Virus record (IMG/VR): IMGVR_UViG_3300028840_004168 | Coordinates: 32,001-96,000 of that record | Source of the DNA: a virus | Strand: one strand, 5' to 3' | Length of the DNA: 64,000 nt | Part shown: positions 28,020-37,331 of the stretch, one piece after another | How positions within the stretch are numbered: position 1 is the stretch's first letter | How the letters are laid out: the number at the start of each line of letters is the position of its first letter | Translations under genes and position numbers: made by a program | Notes under the pieces: generated by a model | Database searches by the model: none | Seen by the model: only the letters and a program-made list of their open reading frames with translations | What the model was told of the DNA's origin: nothing

Positions 28020-29501
28020 CTATATGCTCGACTCGGTATTGACAATCACCAAATAAACTTCAGGCAGATTGTTCTCCAAGTCAGGATATGCGTCAAACGG
28101 CATATCAGCAGTGATCAAACTTTCATCGGCAATTACAGGAGTGCTCCCAGTATACTTGACTCTTGGGAAGACAACGTATTTCTGACGATATACGCCAGTG
28201 CTGCCGATTTCACCTTCGACACGGTCATCAATAAGAGCAAATTCGATCTTAGCAGGAATGTCATTCACGAACTTACTGTAGATGATCATATCATCAAACT
28301 CGATGTTAACCATTCCAGAAACTTCTCTCTGCTGTTCTGGCAACTGACTTCTTCCACTAAAACCGAACGGAATTTTATCAGGGAATAGATTGTTGTTAAT
28401 CGTATATTCACCTGACATAATTTCAGTCCAGTCACCATCAAGATAAAATGCACCCATGAAAGAAGTAAGAGGATCAGTAGAGCTTGGAGATCCTGAACCT
28501 GTGGTAGTCTGCAGAGATACAGGTTCATACTGCTCATGGTCGCTCTCGATAGAATTATCGCCAGCACCAGGAATTCCTGTCAAACGATATTCACCAGCTA
28601 CTATGGCCTTACCAGTGTAAGTAATGTCATTCTCACGACCAATCATGAGAGTGCCGCCGCCACTTGGGAACCCATCATATTCTTCCTGGGTTCTCAAAAC
28701 AACGTATACATCACCAATGCTGGCTGCCTGATCTAACAGGCCCATTGACCATTCTACTTTGCCTAACAGCGAATAGACGGCTGTGCAGATATCGTTCTCA
28801 GGAAATGTCTCTGTAAGGTTGTCAATCTTACAACCAGTATAAATAAATGCTGCAATATCACGCAACACTTCGATGCTTATTCCAGGCAGCAAGTCTGCTG
28901 AAACATCCATTACGTGAGTATATATTGCAGAGTAATTGGTGGAGTCATATAAGAAGATCCTTGAACCCTGAGTATAGTTAGCAGTAATACCTGAAACGCC
29001 TGTAAACTGATCGTTTCCAGCACCTGCAATGCCTGTATAGGCAAATTGCTCAGATGTAAGATCGCCAGTGTTGGCATCTCTACCAACTATGACTGCATCT
29101 CCACCAGTATTAATAAATCCTTCAGCAATCAGATCTCTGTCTGTATCAATAGTAACAGCAGGCGAAGTATAGCTTGCTGATGTTACTGCTGCTATGCCGC
29201 CGTCTACATATTGAAGTGACAAATAATCATCGCCATAGGCATTCTTCAACATCGTGGTCTGACCTTCTATATTCTGCTCGACATTGATATCGCCTGCAAT
29301 ACTTGCAGATCCACGAACCGATGTCGCTCTTGAACGGTCAGCCCTCAACTCATTAGAAACTAAGTAGGCTATCTCGTTGCTGATGCTTTCAGAGGTAAAT
29401 CTTAGAACTTTGTTCAGAGTAGCAAGAACGCCGTAACTAGCCTCTTCACCATAATGTATTACTCCACGAGCGCCTACCGCTGGAGTAGGTATGCCACCCA
29501 T
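28020..29501 (-). CDS. Major tail tube protein (non-contractile type) with two inserted beta domains
   Basis: HYGEEASYG...LRFTSESI...SIAGDINVE; SIEVLRD..AFIYTGCKIDNL; REVSGMVNIEF; VFPRVKY; upstream of the chaperones and tape measure. Confidence 0.85.
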   Translation of the reverse strand: MGGIPTPAVGARGVIHYGEEASYGVLATLNKVLRFTSESISNEIAYLVSNELRADRSRATSVRGSASIAGDINVEQNIEGQTTMLKNAYGDDYLSLQYVDGGIAAVTSASYTSPAVTIDTDRDLIAEGFINTGGDAVIVGRDANTGDLTSEQFAYTGIAGAGNDQFTGVSGITANYTQGSRIFLYDSTNYSAIYTHVMDVSADLLPGISIEVLRDIAAFIYTGCKIDNLTETFPENDICTAVYSLLGKVEWSMGLLDQAASIGDVYVVLRTQEEYDGFPSGGGTLMIGRENDITYTGKAIVAGEYRLTGIPGAGDNSIESDHEQYEPVSLQTTTGSGSPSSTDPLTSFMGAFYLDGDWTEIMSGEYTINNNLFPDKIPFGFSGRSQLPEQQREVSGMVNIEFDDMIIYSKFVNDIPAKIEFALIDDRVEGEIGSTGVYRQKYVVFPRVKYTGSTPVIADESLITADMPFDAYPDLENNLPEVYLVIVNTESSI

Positions 29502-29522
29502 ATTAAACCTCCATATTTAAAT

Positions 29523-30002
29523 TTAATTGTGTTCAGTATATCGCCTTTTCGTTATTTGAAAGTTAATAATGCCGCCGTAAAAGACACCATTAATTCTGCC
29601 CACTCTAACTCCAGGCCTGGAGCCAGTTACAGCAGTTCGCCTGTCATGAACATATCCATCTAGGTTAGAATACTTTGTGAAAAGCCTTGATATTTCATCG
29701 ATGTTCTCTCTCAACTCTTTGAACAACAGCCTTTCACTGAACTGTTCTTGATAAAAGATTATGTTATATACGTTGGTTATATCATGTTCACTTCTATACC
29801 TGTTAATTACCTTATGGCCTGAATGAATCGCTTCTACCCAGTCAATCGCAAGGCTTGGAGTAGAAGGAACATAAAGCACGTCTTCTGCGAATATGTTGTT
29901 GTTGCCAATACTCAGGCCATATTCGGCTTGATGTTCTTTAAAAGTTTCAACGATGTTTTCTGCACCATCGTCAATAAAGTTGCCAGTATCTATTACCGCC
30001 AT
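29523..30002 (-). CDS. Putative tail terminator/completion protein
   Basis: Size, position between neck and tube, and PSTPSLAID motif. Confidence 0.5.
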   Translation of the reverse strand: MAVIDTGNFIDDGAENIVETFKEHQAEYGLSIGNNNIFAEDVLYVPSTPSLAIDWVEAIHSGHKVINRYRSEHDITNVYNIIFYQEQFSERLLFKELRENIDEISRLFTKYSNLDGYVHDRRTAVTGSRPGVRVGRINGVFYGGIINFQITKRRYTEHN

Positions 30003-30616
30003 TATACTAATCCTACATTCGACAAGATGTTCCCTACATTTATCGAAATTACTTCCATTACTTTATCGGCAAATGGAATGCCGCTTTCACCTGATAAAAA
30101 TTCTTTTGTAAGTTTCTCTCTGTAGTTAGCTCCTAAAAAATTGCTACGACTAAAAAAATGGTGAGGGTATGAACTATGGAATCCATCGAAGTTTACGCCT
30201 GTAGTTATAAAATCTGGTGGCCCACCTGTTCGTAATATAGCCGCTGTTGCAGATACTGCGTCAGGCGTAAGAAGGAATGCATTCTCTAAGGCAGCTGTTC
30301 TTAATCCAGGCTCTGTATATCTCGCTGCATCGATAGGATCGGTTCTCCCTTTATAAGTCGGAACGTCTTCGCTTTTATTAATATAACGTTCATACCTCTC
30401 GATAGTAGTCTGTTTTTTCGATGGCACATTTAGTGACTCGTATAAAGCCAGCCATCCGCTTCTCATCAAGTTCTCGATGGTAGTAAAGTTATTTTTCAAG
30501 TAGCTAGTGCCTGCACCTGGGCCAAAGATCTGCTTGTCAGCATCTTTCACTGCCCTCATGACAGCGCTGCCGTCTATCTTGAAATCGAATATTATGCCAA
30601 ACCCTTTATCTGCCAT
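30002..30616 (-). CDS. Putative neck/tail completion protein
   Basis: Position; KTTIERY...PGLRTAAL...RSNFLG pattern of neck morphogenesis proteins. Confidence 0.45.
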   Translation of the reverse strand: MADKGFGIIFDFKIDGSAVMRAVKDADKQIFGPGAGTSYLKNNFTTIENLMRSGWLALYESLNVPSKKQTTIERYERYINKSEDVPTYKGRTDPIDAARYTEPGLRTAALENAFLLTPDAVSATAAILRTGGPPDFITTGVNFDGFHSSYPHHFFSRSNFLGANYREKLTKEFLSGESGIPFADKVMEVISINVGNILSNVGLV

Positions 30617-31095
30617 TAGAACACATCTTGATTAACGAAATTAGTTGGATATTTAGGCGTTGAAGTAAAATCAGTAAGATTAGGAGTACTTAACCTGGGA
30701 GCCGATGTCAATCCAGACCAAGTAGCTTCATAAACGCCCTGTTTATAGTTATGTATAAATTTCTCAAGGAACTCTTTATACTGGCCTTCAAAGAAATCAT
30801 CGATACCGCCTTCATCTCTTATGTTGAACTGAGTATAGAAGTTAGATCCAGAAATCAACTGAGATGATAGAAATGAAGTGGCATAAACAATATCATCTGG
30901 CACAGGAGCTGTTATCGGCAAACTGCCTGTAGGCAAATGCTCTCGCAACCTACCATCTATTTTGGTGCTTGCGATATTAATGAAGATCTCACATTGATCT
31001 GGAGTCATGTGATCATCAGTAGCAGTTCCAATGAGAAACTTCGAATTCTTTATTTGAAGTATATCTTTAACATTCTGAACAGTGCAATATCCCAT
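30616..31095 (-). CDS. Head-tail adaptor (gp15/Mu gp36-like)
   Basis: MGYCTVQNVK...IASTKIDGRL...LP...VPDDI motif. Confidence 0.7.
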   Translation of the reverse strand: MGYCTVQNVKDILQIKNSKFLIGTATDDHMTPDQCEIFINIASTKIDGRLREHLPTGSLPITAPVPDDIVYATSFLSSQLISGSNFYTQFNIRDEGGIDDFFEGQYKEFLEKFIHNYKQGVYEATWSGLTSAPRLSTPNLTDFTSTPKYPTNFVNQDVF

Positions 31096-31110
31096 TACGA
31101 CCTCACTTTG

Positions 31111-31773
31111 TTATGAGGAACTTTTCTTACTGCTCTTGCCTGAACTTTTCTTGCCTGAACTTTTCTTGCCTGAACTTTTCTTACCACTGGACTTTTTACT
31201 GGAAGTCCTTCTCGTAACAGCCCTTTTCTTTTTAGAAGCAGGCGCAGGTTCTGGCTCAGGTTCTGGCTCAGGTTCTGGCTCAGGTTCTGGTTCTGGCTCA
31301 GGTTCTGGTTCAGGTTCTGGTTCTGGCTCAGGTTCAGGTTCAGGTTCAGATTCAGGTTCAGGTTCAAGCTCAGGTTCTGGTTCTGGCTTTGGAGCTGCTT
31401 TTGGTTTTGGATCAGGCCTTACTATCGGAGCTGGCATAGGAACAGTATCTGGATTTAAAAGACCAGAAGGAGTATTATCTGCTGCATCGCTGGCAGATGT
31501 TTCAGCTGTAAGCGCATCCAGCCTTGCTTTTGCATCTTCCATAGTGCCAGATACAATCTCAAATACAGGAGTGGTCTTTTTGGTTTTAGGATTAGTGTAT
31601 AACTCATCGTCATTCACTACATCGGTCAAAATCCTTATTGCAGCAGCCAAAGGCATGTCAGGATCATCCATGTCAAACTTATGGCCTGCATTGAAATTAG
31701 CTTGCCGCCTAGTCAAATCAAACTGCTTAATATAATGCCCTGGCACGTTAGTCTTAATAACGAGATCTCCCAT
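31111..31773 (-). CDS. Capsid-associated protein with Pro-Glu linker and Lys/Ser-rich tail
   Basis: Directly after the MCP; long (PE)n tract and SSGKK repeats. Confidence 0.7.
   Translation of the reverse strand: MGDLVIKTNVPGHYIKQFDLTRRQANFNAGHKFDMDDPDMPLAAAIRILTDVVNDDELYTNPKTKKTTPVFEIVSGTMEDAKARLDALTAETSASDAADNTPSGLLNPDTVPMPAPIVRPDPKPKAAPKPEPEPELEPEPESEPEPEPEPEPEPEPEPEPEPEPEPEPEPEPEPEPAPASKKKRAVTRRTSSKKSSGKKSSGKKSSGKKSSGKSSKKSSS
31141..31185. repeat. 15-bp tandem repeat x3 (encodes KKSSG)
   Basis: tgaacttttcttgcc x2 plus tgaacttttcttacc. Confidence 0.85.
31247..31388. repeat. 6/12-bp tandem repeat encoding (PE)n
   Basis: Runs of ggttctggctca / ggttca. Confidence 0.9.
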
Positions 31774-31800
31774 GATTGTTTTTCCTCCGTGTTGAATCTA

Positions 31801-31824
31801 CCAGGGGGCGATAAAGCCCCCTGG
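31801..31824 (-). promoter_or_regulatory. Stem-loop after the major capsid gene
   Basis: CCAGGGGGC-N6-GCCCCCTGG perfect 9-bp stem with no U-tract on the coding strand; possible 3' stabiliser. Confidence 0.55.
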
Positions 31825-31846
31825 CAAATAAATTTTGAAATTACAT

Positions 31847-33118
31847 TTAAAAGATTGTTGCCACAATGAAATCATCATTGCGATAACGAACAGGAAGTCC
31901 ATTAACGCCAGTGATAATGTCAATCCTCTTAGGATCTACTTTGTCATTAACTACAGTTTCAGCGAACACTCCAGGTTTAGGAGCCAGCATGTTGCCTTCG
32001 CCATATTCAGAAAGAGTAGTAATGAAGTTTCCATATGCACTTTCACCCTCAGTGCCCAGCCCTGTGGGATGTTTTGCCCTTACGATAACTTTGTTATCAG
32101 GCAGGAAGGGTTTCGACATATAAAGGAAAGATCCAATCGGGAAAGCAAACTCCAGGTTCTCATTTAAGGTAACTGTAGTTCCTAAGACGCTGGCTACAGT
32201 GCAGATCTGGTCATACAGTGTATCGCCATTAGCGCTGTATGAGATCAGCCTGAGAGTATCGTTAGCTTCTATACCTGTAACATCATGCACAGTTACAGTG
32301 TTAGCGCCAACAACTCCGAGAGCTGTAAGCTCAGTAGTCATGACATAGAAACCGTCATACTTAGTGAACTTATAGTTACCTACATAAGTCTGAAGGATTT
32401 CATTTAAATTAGCCATTGTTAAAAGCTCAGGCCGACCACCAGTAGTGATAGTGGTTTTTACCTGACGGATGGCTGTGTTATCATAAAGAAGTCTTTCGAC
32501 ATATCCGTTGTAGATAAACTCTGCAGCCTCAAATCCAGACCCTCTGAATAAGTATACCCAGGCGAGCATGTCATCAAGGGGATTTGCAGAAGTAGTCTGC
32601 GTCCAGCGATCAACGCCTGTCAAGACAGGCAGATAGCGACTGGGAACGGCATAATCCACATCGAATTTTACAAGGTTAGAGTTAATACTTAAAGAGCCAA
32701 GAATAGCTTGCCATAAACTATGCTCAACTCTTATATCGACACGCTGTTTACCTTCGATGACTTTCTCATCGATAAATGCTCTCACGTTCTCCATCTCATT
32801 GAGAGTACCAAGTTTTCTCTTCCACATTAACTGGTGCGGCATTACAACTTGTTTCTCTCTGAAGAATGCGGGATGCATCTGGCGCTGATAGTACCCACCA
32901 CCTTTGTATGGCGGAGATTCAGCACCCATTGCTACAGCTTGTGTCATTCCACCAAGCCCTAACTTAACGTCCCACTGAATAGTGTAGTCGTTAATGGGTT
33001 TCGTCTGCATCCATTTGGATGCAAGAAACTCAGGCCTTACCCCTATCTGCGTCACCAGTTTGGCAACGTATTTAGTTTGCAGATGGGGATACATACCTAA
33101 CAAATCTTGTGCTGACAT
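31847..33118 (-). CDS. Major capsid protein (lambda gpE-like family) with ~75-aa insertion
   Basis: PAFFREK, RVDIRVEHSLWQAI, DVDYAVP, RWT....NPLDDM, PFLPDNKV and GVNGLP motifs; follows the protease and decoration genes. Confidence 0.85.
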   Translation of the reverse strand: MSAQDLLGMYPHLQTKYVAKLVTQIGVRPEFLASKWMQTKPINDYTIQWDVKLGLGGMTQAVAMGAESPPYKGGGYYQRQMHPAFFREKQVVMPHQLMWKRKLGTLNEMENVRAFIDEKVIEGKQRVDIRVEHSLWQAILGSLSINSNLVKFDVDYAVPSRYLPVLTGVDRWTQTTSANPLDDMLAWVYLFRGSGFEAAEFIYNGYVERLLYDNTAIRQVKTTITTGGRPELLTMANLNEILQTYVGNYKFTKYDGFYVMTTELTALGVVGANTVTVHDVTGIEANDTLRLISYSANGDTLYDQICTVASVLGTTVTLNENLEFAFPIGSFLYMSKPFLPDNKVIVRAKHPTGLGTEGESAYGNFITTLSEYGEGNMLAPKPGVFAETVVNDKVDPKRIDIITGVNGLPVRYRNDDFIVATIF

Positions 33119-33163
33119 ATGTAATTACCTCCGTGATTTAACGTTCGCAACTGCAAACTTATA

Positions 33164-33547
33164 TTATGTAACAGGGCCTACAGGCCTTATCTCGATACGT
33201 TGTACTGAACTCCACGTTACTACAGAAGTCTCAGTAACATATCCACTCTTAACAATACACTGAGTAAACAGACTTACAGGTCGATCCTGCCCTGCAACTA
33301 TATTGTATTCCCAGTCCACAAGCAGATAAACATTATCTGCGGTATGCACGCCGTTGTCATACGGCACTGCACGCTTAGTGGTAGGATCAATCGCTACAGT
33401 TATGAAGGGAGGGATCTCATCTGCATAGCCTTCATCAATCCACGCCGTTGAATCCAGCGTAGCAGACATAGTAACAAAGTCTGAAGATGCAAGAGCTTCT
33501 TTGGTAGTCCATTTACCAGCTATTGTGCCATTACCTACCTGACTCAT
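33164..33547 (-). CDS. Head decoration protein (gpD-like)
   Basis: Small beta-rich gene between protease and MCP. Confidence 0.6.
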   Translation of the reverse strand: MSQVGNGTIAGKWTTKEALASSDFVTMSATLDSTAWIDEGYADEIPPFITVAIDPTTKRAVPYDNGVHTADNVYLLVDWEYNIVAGQDRPVSLFTQCIVKSGYVTETSVVTWSSVQRIEIRPVGPVT

Positions 33548-33613
33548 GATTGTATGTCCTCCATAAAATTATTATTAATAACTTAGCCCTATTGAGCCAC
33601 AGTCACCTAAAGA

Positions 33614-35464
33614 TTACTCAGAACCGCTATCTTCTTCGCCATCAACCAGAGGAACATTCAACTTTTTCAAACGTTTCCTGATGCTCTCTTCGTCCATCTC
33701 AAGAGCTTTCTCCTGGTCGCTGAACTGCTGCGCTTCTTCGTCATCAATGCCAATGAACACACCAGCAGGCATGCTGTCAACGATTGTCTGGAAGATCTCT
33801 TTCAAGGAAACTTCTTTGCCTTCCTTGTCTTTGATCATCAGTGTATCGTTCTCCATCGTAATGTAGGCCTCAATGGTCTTTACGATGGCTGGCGGCACGC
33901 CCCTGGCTGATATACCCTGCAGGAACAGTTCTTTCTCAGATTTGAACCGTTCTTTCTGAACGATATCAAGCTGTGCATCTGCCTTTTTCTGTCCTTCTTT
34001 AAGCTGTTTGTTTTCTTTCATAATCACCTGAACCAATTCGCCCAATTCCTTTTTCTCATCGCTCAGCTTAGTGTTGGTATCTTCCATCGCTTTCAGCTTT
34101 GCTTCAAATGATTCTTCCAGCTTTTTGAGGTCATCTTTGGTGGCTGCAGGTTTTTGGGCTTTTTTCGTGCCTTTGTCTTTCATGTCATCTGCCTCCAATT
34201 TTTTCTTATCATCATCGGCATCCACGTCTCCGCTGTCGTCATCGCTGTCGTCAGCGTCAACGTCACCGTCATCCTGGTTGCCATCGTCATCTAAGTTCTT
34301 TGTTGAGTCGTCATCCTGGTTGTTGTCGTCCTGGTTGTTGTCATCCTGGTTGTTGTCGTCCTGGTTAGTGCCGTCATCATCATCGGCTGATTCTTTTATT
34401 TCATTAAACCTAAATGAATCAATTTCAAAGTCATCTCCACTTTTGAGATCGTCAATTATATCTTCACTTAAAGCTACAGGCTGAAGATTCGGAACGAATG
34501 GACGATTGGTGAAGCCACCACTAATTAAAGTAGGCCCATGCTCTTTATCCGCTTCTTTGTCCTTGTAGTTTTCAGTGTATTCGGCGCTGAAGTATCTATA
34601 CTTCTTGCCTTTGATAGCCTTGACACCGTCCTCAGTGGGATGGATTACAGCGCAAAGAATGCTTACGCCATCACGCTCACGCAAAAGCAGCTTGTCTACC
34701 CAGGCCGAAGCGCCTATATCTGGATTGTGGGTAAAGTCAAAACTGATCTCACGCCCCAATACCTCATTGTCGAAATTTCTGACCATGTTTTCAAGCTTCT
34801 CTTTGGTAATCTCTAACTTACCATATACAGGATGCTTGAAAGTCCCTGTGCGCAGAATCTCAATGGTCATCGGCTTTGATGTTAGCGCAACAGGCTTGTC
34901 TCCTTCCGACAATTTGACAAACGTTAAGTATTTACCAACATGTTTCATTTTGTATAGTACCTCCAGATTTTCTAATTTTTTCTTGCATTGCCGATTGTAA
35001 ATGTTTTGTGCTTTCGTTAATACGCCAGGATACTTGCTTGAAAGATCCGAGCCTGTTCTTGCACCCTTAACTGCACGTATAGCCGTTACTACCGCTGTAC
35101 AATTAATTGAGCCATCACTGTTTTTGTAGGGAAACTTTTTGATCTTGCCTTTTCCTGTTTCTGAACTTTTAACATAAAGGAAATGTGAATCTGGAACGTC
35201 TTTGCGAGCTGTAGGGGCTGTCCACTTTTCAGCCATCTCTAAATCCTCAAACTCAAGATGCTCAGCCACATATTCCTCTACATCTCTTACAAGGTGAAAC
35301 TCTGCCTCAAATTCTTTTTCGTCAAGGCTATTCTCTTTTGCCGCCTCTTTTACCGTCTTACCATGCCTGTGGTAATAAGAGATAGCGCAGACTTCAGCAG
35401 CTTCTTCAGGAAGCTTGCCTTGTTCTATCAAGTTAGCCTTGCACTTTAAATATTCTTTTGGCAT
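33614..35464 (-). CDS. Mu gpI-like prohead protease with scaffold C-terminus and extra N-terminal domains
   Basis: IEILRTGTFKHP...FDFTH...SAWV...YRYFSAEY...GFTNRPFV; acidic and coiled-coil C-terminus; GGAGG before ATG 35464 (ORF track start is 35503). Confidence 0.85.
   Translation of the reverse strand: MPKEYLKCKANLIEQGKLPEEAAEVCAISYYHRHGKTVKEAAKENSLDEKEFEAEFHLVRDVEEYVAEHLEFEDLEMAEKWTAPTARKDVPDSHFLYVKSSETGKGKIKKFPYKNSDGSINCTAVVTAIRAVKGARTGSDLSSKYPGVLTKAQNIYNRQCKKKLENLEVLYKMKHVGKYLTFVKLSEGDKPVALTSKPMTIEILRTGTFKHPVYGKLEITKEKLENMVRNFDNEVLGREISFDFTHNPDIGASAWVDKLLLRERDGVSILCAVIHPTEDGVKAIKGKKYRYFSAEYTENYKDKEADKEHGPTLISGGFTNRPFVPNLQPVALSEDIIDDLKSGDDFEIDSFRFNEIKESADDDDGTNQDDNNQDDNNQDDNNQDDDSTKNLDDDGNQDDGDVDADDSDDDSGDVDADDDKKKLEADDMKDKGTKKAQKPAATKDDLKKLEESFEAKLKAMEDTNTKLSDEKKELGELVQVIMKENKQLKEGQKKADAQLDIVQKERFKSEKELFLQGISARGVPPAIVKTIEAYITMENDTLMIKDKEGKEVSLKEIFQTIVDSMPAGVFIGIDDEEAQQFSDQEKALEMDEESIRKRLKKLNVPLVDGEEDSGSE
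34310..34366. repeat. 15-bp tandem repeat encoding NQDDN
   Basis: gtc(a/g)tcctggttgtt units in the scaffold linker. Confidence 0.8.
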
Positions 35465-35502
35465 GACTGAAAACCTCCAACAATGTAACGTGCTTAATGA
35501 CA

Positions 35503-35560
35503 ATTATAAATTAAAATATACATTAAGCAAGAAAAAAATTATGAAATTCAATATTTTTTT
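35503..35560 (-). promoter_or_regulatory. Putative late promoter for the protease-capsid operon
   Basis: TTGCTT-N16-TATAAT preceded by AAAAAAATATTGAATTTCATAATTTTTTTC; same architecture as 51049..51110. Confidence 0.55.
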
Positions 35561-36150
35561 TACCCTTTAACCTCCATCCCATTTAGCCAATCGTTTATAG
35601 TTTTGGCAACTACCATTAAAAGCTTGTTATAATTGTCATCGTATGAAAATAGTTTATATTCTTCATAATTGCTCAAGAAGAACAACTCTATCAATACGGC
35701 AGGTTTTTCAATGACGTTTAGAAGATAAAGGTTGTTGCGCTTAACTATCCCTCTGTATTTAAAATCAGGGAAGTAAAGCTCGAAGTTGAATGAGAACAAA
35801 TTACAGAAGCCCAAAGAGTTCTCATTCTTATATAATATCTCTGTTCCATTAACGTTTACATCATGAAATGAATTAAGATGTATCTCTATAAATATTTCAA
35901 AATCATCCATGTGCTCAACAGATTCAGCCTTCATAAATAACGAGCTATTGCTGCCTATCAGCTTGCTTGGGTCATTCATATCCATCAAAATAATTTCAGT
36001 ATCTGGAAGTATTAAGTCTCTTTCTATCATCATATAACGCAGGTCGTGAATAAACCTGCTGGCATAGTCATGCTCATGAACATCTGCTACAGCGCTATAT
36101 GCGCCTTTAAACTTGATGTCGTGCCCTGCGCTGATAATTACTTTTCTCAT
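35560..36150 (-). CDS. N-acetylmuramoyl-L-alanine amidase (Amidase_3), endolysin
   Basis: ISAGH, E, IEIHLNS, GTEILY and PAVLIELFFLSN zinc/catalytic motifs. Confidence 0.85.
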   Translation of the reverse strand: MRKVIISAGHDIKFKGAYSAVADVHEHDYASRFIHDLRYMMIERDLILPDTEIILMDMNDPSKLIGSNSSLFMKAESVEHMDDFEIFIEIHLNSFHDVNVNGTEILYKNENSLGFCNLFSFNFELYFPDFKYRGIVKRNNLYLLNVIEKPAVLIELFFLSNYEEYKLFSYDDNYNKLLMVVAKTINDWLNGMEVKG

Positions 36151-36671
36151 TATCTTGCTCCTGCAACTATATCAAGCTCCATGTCTGACGGCATAAACTT
36201 GACAAATAACCTTGCATATAAAGCGCCTCCTGCCATTATTTCCTGTGCAGGAGACATGAACTTCCCTGCTGCTGTTCGCCTGTAATAACCAGCGCTAAAG
36301 CTGATATCCCTGTGAGTGCTTAAAATGGAAGTCGCATCGTTAGCGTAATACAGGACAGGAACTATAGTAGCTGCACCATTGCTGTGAGAAAACTCAACTC
36401 CTACATGCAGCATCGTCTTATCGCCTATATATATAAAAGGATGTGTAAGAAGGTTGTCATAATCAGACAGATCTTGCTCTGTATCCATCGCCGTTACGCC
36501 ACTACGATAATAAACTGCAGTGCTGTCCAGCTTAATGGATGCAGGAACAAAAAGCTGCATGATGTATTCAGTTGGAGATGCATCTTGCTTTGTGTTATCT
36601 ATAGAAGGAACTCCAGCTATCCTTGCTTGCACATCTAAAGGAGTGTCTACCTTTATACCTTTGACTGTCAT
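36150..36671 (-). CDS. Hypothetical structural protein (paralog family C)
   Basis: FIYIGDKTML...PVLYYAN...LST shared with 36687..37331. Confidence 0.6.
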   Translation of the reverse strand: MTVKGIKVDTPLDVQARIAGVPSIDNTKQDASPTEYIMQLFVPASIKLDSTAVYYRSGVTAMDTEQDLSDYDNLLTHPFIYIGDKTMLHVGVEFSHSNGAATIVPVLYYANDATSILSTHRDISFSAGYYRRTAAGKFMSPAQEIMAGGALYARLFVKFMPSDMELDIVAGAR

Positions 36672-36686
36672 GATCTAATGCCTCCG

Positions 36687-37331
36687 TCAAATAGCCCCCA
36701 GGTAAATAATACCTGTGTCTAAGTTGGTTATATATCCAGGTTTAGAGCCGCCATCGTCATTTCTTTGGTCTACATATCTGCAAAGCATTTTAACATCTGT
36801 AGCGGCTCCAATAATACGTGTATATATCCTGCTGATATAGAAATCATTATTACGCTTCCATATTCTATTTCCAAAATTTCCAGCTATAGATCCTCCACCT
36901 ATGCTCATATCCATATTTATAGGAGAAACAGTAGACAAGAGCACATCAGAATTGCCGCCATAAAGCACAGGAGTAAAGGTAAACTTATCTTTGCGATGCT
37001 CTATATCATCCATGCTGATGAACTTACAAGCAAACGCAAAGACTAAAATATTCTTATCTCCTACATAAAATTTAGGCCTGGAGCTATAACTTTCAATATC
37101 ATCACTTCTGTCATTAGGAAACGTATTGGTATTATCATACAGATAAGGAGACAATATAAAATCAGAAGTAAGAGTAGGAAGCACCACCCTGAGAGTTTCT
37201 ATATAACTATCTGAAGGCACTGCAGGATCAAGAAGCGCCTCTACAGAATCAGTCCCAGCAATAGTAGCGTAGGTAGGGATGTCCCCATAGGCAAATTTTC
37301 TAAATGTCGATATGCCTACTTTGTCTGTCAT
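36687..37331 (-). CDS. Hypothetical structural protein (paralog family C)
   Basis: FYVGDKNIL...PVLYGGN...LST. Confidence 0.6.
   Translation of the reverse strand: MTDKVGISTFRKFAYGDIPTYATIAGTDSVEALLDPAVPSDSYIETLRVVLPTLTSDFILSPYLYDNTNTFPNDRSDDIESYSSRPKFYVGDKNILVFAFACKFISMDDIEHRKDKFTFTPVLYGGNSDVLLSTVSPINMDMSIGGGSIAGNFGNRIWKRNNDFYISRIYTRIIGAATDVKMLCRYVDQRNDDGGSKPGYITNLDTGIIYLGAI

Noticed and set aside
27731-28045. 105-aa N-terminal extension of the short chaperone given by the ORF track
   Set aside because: It overlaps the tube gene and hairpin and lacks an SD; GGAGG and homology place the start at 27730.
31082-31735. ORF-track entries with GS repeats (+) and NL/SQNL repeats (31095..31367, -)
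   Set aside because: Alternative-frame shadows of the (PE)n repeat in 31111..31773.
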